The translations under genes were made by a program, and so were the position numbers. 6,204 bases of DNA from a virus (Duplodnaviria > Heunggongvirae > Uroviricota > Caudoviricetes), in IMG/VR virus record IMGVR_UViG_2541047839_000003; one strand, 5' to 3'. Below, piece by piece: positions 4,145-6,204 of the stretch. Every line of letters starts with the position of its first letter. Position 1 is the first letter of the stretch. Below the pieces are notes generated by a model. That model was not told the DNA's origin, made no database searches, and saw nothing but the letters and a program-made list of their open reading frames with translations.

Positions 4145-6046
4145 TTAACCGAAATATGTCAGCCATGCTAACTGCATTGCTGACATGGGGCTGTTTGCAC
4201 TGCCGGACCACGCATAATTCTGGCCATTATAATGAAACTCAACAACGTATGAGCCATCACCAATATTTCTCACCGGCTTAAATACCGGCTTAGATACAGG
4301 CGAAGAAGGTGCAGGCGGTTGCTGTTCTTCTACGCTATCTTCCTCTTCCTCTTCCTCTTCCTCTATCTCAATTTCGTCGTCATCCAGATCGTCATCCTCT
4401 GATAATTCATCCGCCAGTTCAGGTATTGCTTCCAGTTCTTCTTCGTCAGGCATAACGATTTCTGGAGTATCTATTTTCAGTTGCCATTGTCCGTTTTCGC
4501 CAACAAATTGCCCCAGAGCATCAGCAGCAAATTCCAGGTATCGACTAATCATTGTTGGGCTAAATTTGAACGCTCTTAGAGTGCTGTTCGTGATTTTTAT
4601 AGAGGGGTCCTGCTCTACCAGCTGCTTAACTGTGTTATGCAGACGAACCCCGGCATCTCCTCTGGCGAATCCAGGCATTTCGTCATCAAGCTGCTGCAAT
4701 GCTTCCAGCCTGGTATTTTCGTTTCCAGTATTTGGCCTCCATGTCTTTGAGAAGTTGGCCAGCTTGAATTGCTTATAGTGTAATTGAGTGTTTTCATCGT
4801 CATGGCCTAAAATTTCCATAAAGAAAACATCTTCATCTACGTTTTTCCAACGAGGATCTACGCGGAAAAACATTTCATACGCAATACGGGCATAAATAGC
4901 ACGACTATCTTTATAAACACGGCGGTCATCTTTGAAAAATGATTTAACCCACGGGTTAAAAGCCTTTGCTAATATGGCATTAATACGTCCGTTTTCAGAG
5001 CGTGTGTCGTTATCTCCATAACCTTTAACGACATCATCAAAATCAGATGCTGCTGGGCATGAGCGAAGTACATTTATTAAATAAACAAATGTTTTTGCTT
5101 CGCATAATGTATATATTTTTCTGGTTATATTATCAGAAGTTCTTTTTTTAGCTTGGCCTAAAAAATCAACGGTATACTTACCAGAAACAGTAAATGTACC
5201 TTGATACATAATCTCAATCATTCGTCTTCCTGACAATGCAGCAAGTGCAAATGCCAAAGGAGCCATACCTGAACGAGTGTTTAGATTATTTAATGTAGCA
5301 GGGCTATTTATAATATCGTAAATAGCTTGCATATATTTAGGGTAATCAATGACCACCACGTTACGTTTCTTATTGTGCAGAACGTCCGCCCATCGTTGCT
5401 GGATAGATGCACGTTCGGCAGGGCTTAGTTGAAGATGATAGAGAATCTCATGGTTAACTTTTAGCTGATTCAACTCCTCAAGTAAGGCAGATCCTTGCTG
5501 TAGTAATTTATATAAATAATCGCGCTTATCTTTCCAGTTATCGCTAGTTAAATCAGAAATGGCGAATTGCCACTCTTTATATTTATTTGATAATTTCAAT
5601 AACTTATTATGACTTTTGTTATCGCCAATTCTGATATTAGATAAATCTTCTGATAGAGGGAGAATTAATTTTAATTTTGCCTGTAAAGCTGACATTCTCT
5701 GGCGAATATCGGCAGCAGGTAGAGAAAGCCATGACAATAGCTCCTCATTATATAAAGGATACTTTTCAGATAGGCGATGTATATTTTTTTCAAAGCTATG
5801 ATGAAGTTTATCATCAAACCGTTTTCTGGCCCTGCTCATATAGGCATTGAATGTGTTGGCTGTAATTCTTTTTTCTAATCCTTTCCCCCTAAACTTTCGC
5901 TTGTCATTAAATAATGCATTTTTAAATTTTAATGCAACAGCCTTTATTTTTTTTGTTTTCTCCCCTTGAGGACGGTCAGAGTTATCTATTGACTCAACAT
6001 CGCTAACAAGTGAGTTTATTAATTCACCGATTTTTACTTTGCTCAT
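4145..6046 (-). CDS. telN: protelomerase (telomere resolvase), TelN/TelK family, complete, 633 aa
   Basis: The translation is recognisably close along its length to N15 TelN as I recall it (MSKVKIGELIN..., KRITANTFNAYMSRARKRFDDKLHHSF, TRSGMAPLAFALAA.SGRRMIEIM, RSENGRINAILAKAFNPWVKSF, ILGHDDENTQLHYKQFKLANFS). His423-Tyr424 (Tyr codon at 4775-4777) sits where I recall the TelN catalytic tyrosine. The start is preceded by AGGAGAGG on the minus strand; stop TAA at 4145-4147. Confidence 0.93.
   Translation of the reverse strand: MSKVKIGELINSLVSDVESIDNSDRPQGEKTKKIKAVALKFKNALFNDKRKFRGKGLEKRITANTFNAYMSRARKRFDDKLHHSFEKNIHRLSEKYPLYNEELLSWLSLPAADIRQRMSALQAKLKLILPLSEDLSNIRIGDNKSHNKLLKLSNKYKEWQFAISDLTSDNWKDKRDYLYKLLQQGSALLEELNQLKVNHEILYHLQLSPAERASIQQRWADVLHNKKRNVVVIDYPKYMQAIYDIINSPATLNNLNTRSGMAPLAFALAALSGRRMIEIMYQGTFTVSGKYTVDFLGQAKKRTSDNITRKIYTLCEAKTFVYLINVLRSCPAASDFDDVVKGYGDNDTRSENGRINAILAKAFNPWVKSFFKDDRRVYKDSRAIYARIAYEMFFRVDPRWKNVDEDVFFMEILGHDDENTQLHYKQFKLANFSKTWRPNTGNENTRLEALQQLDDEMPGFARGDAGVRLHNTVKQLVEQDPSIKITNSTLRAFKFSPTMISRYLEFAADALGQFVGENGQWQLKIDTPEIVMPDEEELEAIPELADELSEDDDLDDDEIEIEEEEEEEEDSVEEQQPPAPSSPVSKPVFKPVRNIGDGSYVVEFHYNGQNYAWSGSANSPMSAMQLAWLTYFG
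4338..4363 (-). repeat. (CTTCCT)4 hexamer repeat encoding an eight-Glu run in the telN linker
   Basis: TCTTCCTCTTCCTCTTCCTCTTCCTC on the plus strand corresponds to (GAG GAA)4 on the coding strand, inside the acidic segment DDDEIEIEEEEEEEEDSVEE. Confidence 0.8.
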
Positions 6047-6080
6047 CTTTCCTCTCCTGATTATCCGCTCGGATTATCGT

Positions 6081-6176
6081 AACACAATTTGAGAATAAGA
6101 TAACTAATAACGCGTTAACTTAGCCACAAACTAACAGAACACAATAACGGATAATAAATAAAAACACAATATCGGA
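6081..6176. repeat. three direct repeats of AACACAAT upstream of telN, candidate tos-type TelN-binding repeats
   Basis: AACACAAT occurs at 6081-6088, 6138-6145 and 6163-6170; the last two extend to GAACACAATAACGG and AAACACAATATCGG (12 of 14 identical). In telN orientation they read ATTGTGTT, resembling the ATTGTGTG arm of the N15 telomere palindrome as I recall it. Confidence 0.45.
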
Positions 6177-6204
6177 ACGTTAAAATTTGTTCCTTGACTT
6201 TGTT

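Noticed and set aside
4566-5801. ORFs 4566..4778 (+), 4615..4803 (-) and 5616..5801 (+)
   Set aside because: They are embedded in or out of frame with the telN coding region, which is supported along its whole length by recognisable protelomerase sequence.
6047-6204. Telomere resolution palindrome (telRL/telO) inside the window
   Set aside because: Only short inverted repeats are present (for example GGAAC-N10-GTTCC at 6174-6193); no long perfect palindrome. The site is probably beyond the window end.
1-6204. LexA box, CRISPR repeats, insertion-sequence inverted repeats or integrase/transposase genes
   Set aside because: No CTGT-N8-ACAG match near any promoter, no regularly spaced repeats, and no ORF with recombinase or transposase features other than telN.

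Overview
This window reads as part of an N15-like linear phage-plasmid (telomere phage) from an enterobacterium. The strongest call is a complete protelomerase gene (telN-like, 633 aa, minus strand, 4145-6046) with a His-Tyr pair at residues 423-424 and a poly-Glu linker. Its upstream region (6047-6204) carries three AACACAAT direct repeats that look like TelN-binding tos repeats; the telomere palindrome itself is not in the window. Convergent with telN on the plus strand is an anti-immunity-type operon (P1 immI / P4 / N15 immA style): a promoter-like element, a leader with an intrinsic terminator, a structured ~80-nt RNA-like element whose loop is complementary to an upstream leader site and to the Shine-Dalgarno of the first gene, then a 54-aa Icd-like ORF, a 77-aa ORF and a 260-aa Bro-N antirepressor-like protein, linked by ATGA stop/start overlaps. 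Further upstream is a sharply AT-rich insert encoding a 270-aa lipoprotein of unknown function, bordered by a degenerate duplicated copy of the neighbouring gene's 5' end, plus several uncharacterised small genes. The unknown-function candidates for something new are the lipoprotein insert and the coupled 108-aa/131-aa gene pair; I cannot assign either a function from sequence alone. No rRNA, tRNA, CRISPR array, integrase or transposase was seen. All family assignments are recognised by eye from the translations; nothing was checked against a database and no identity values are claimed.
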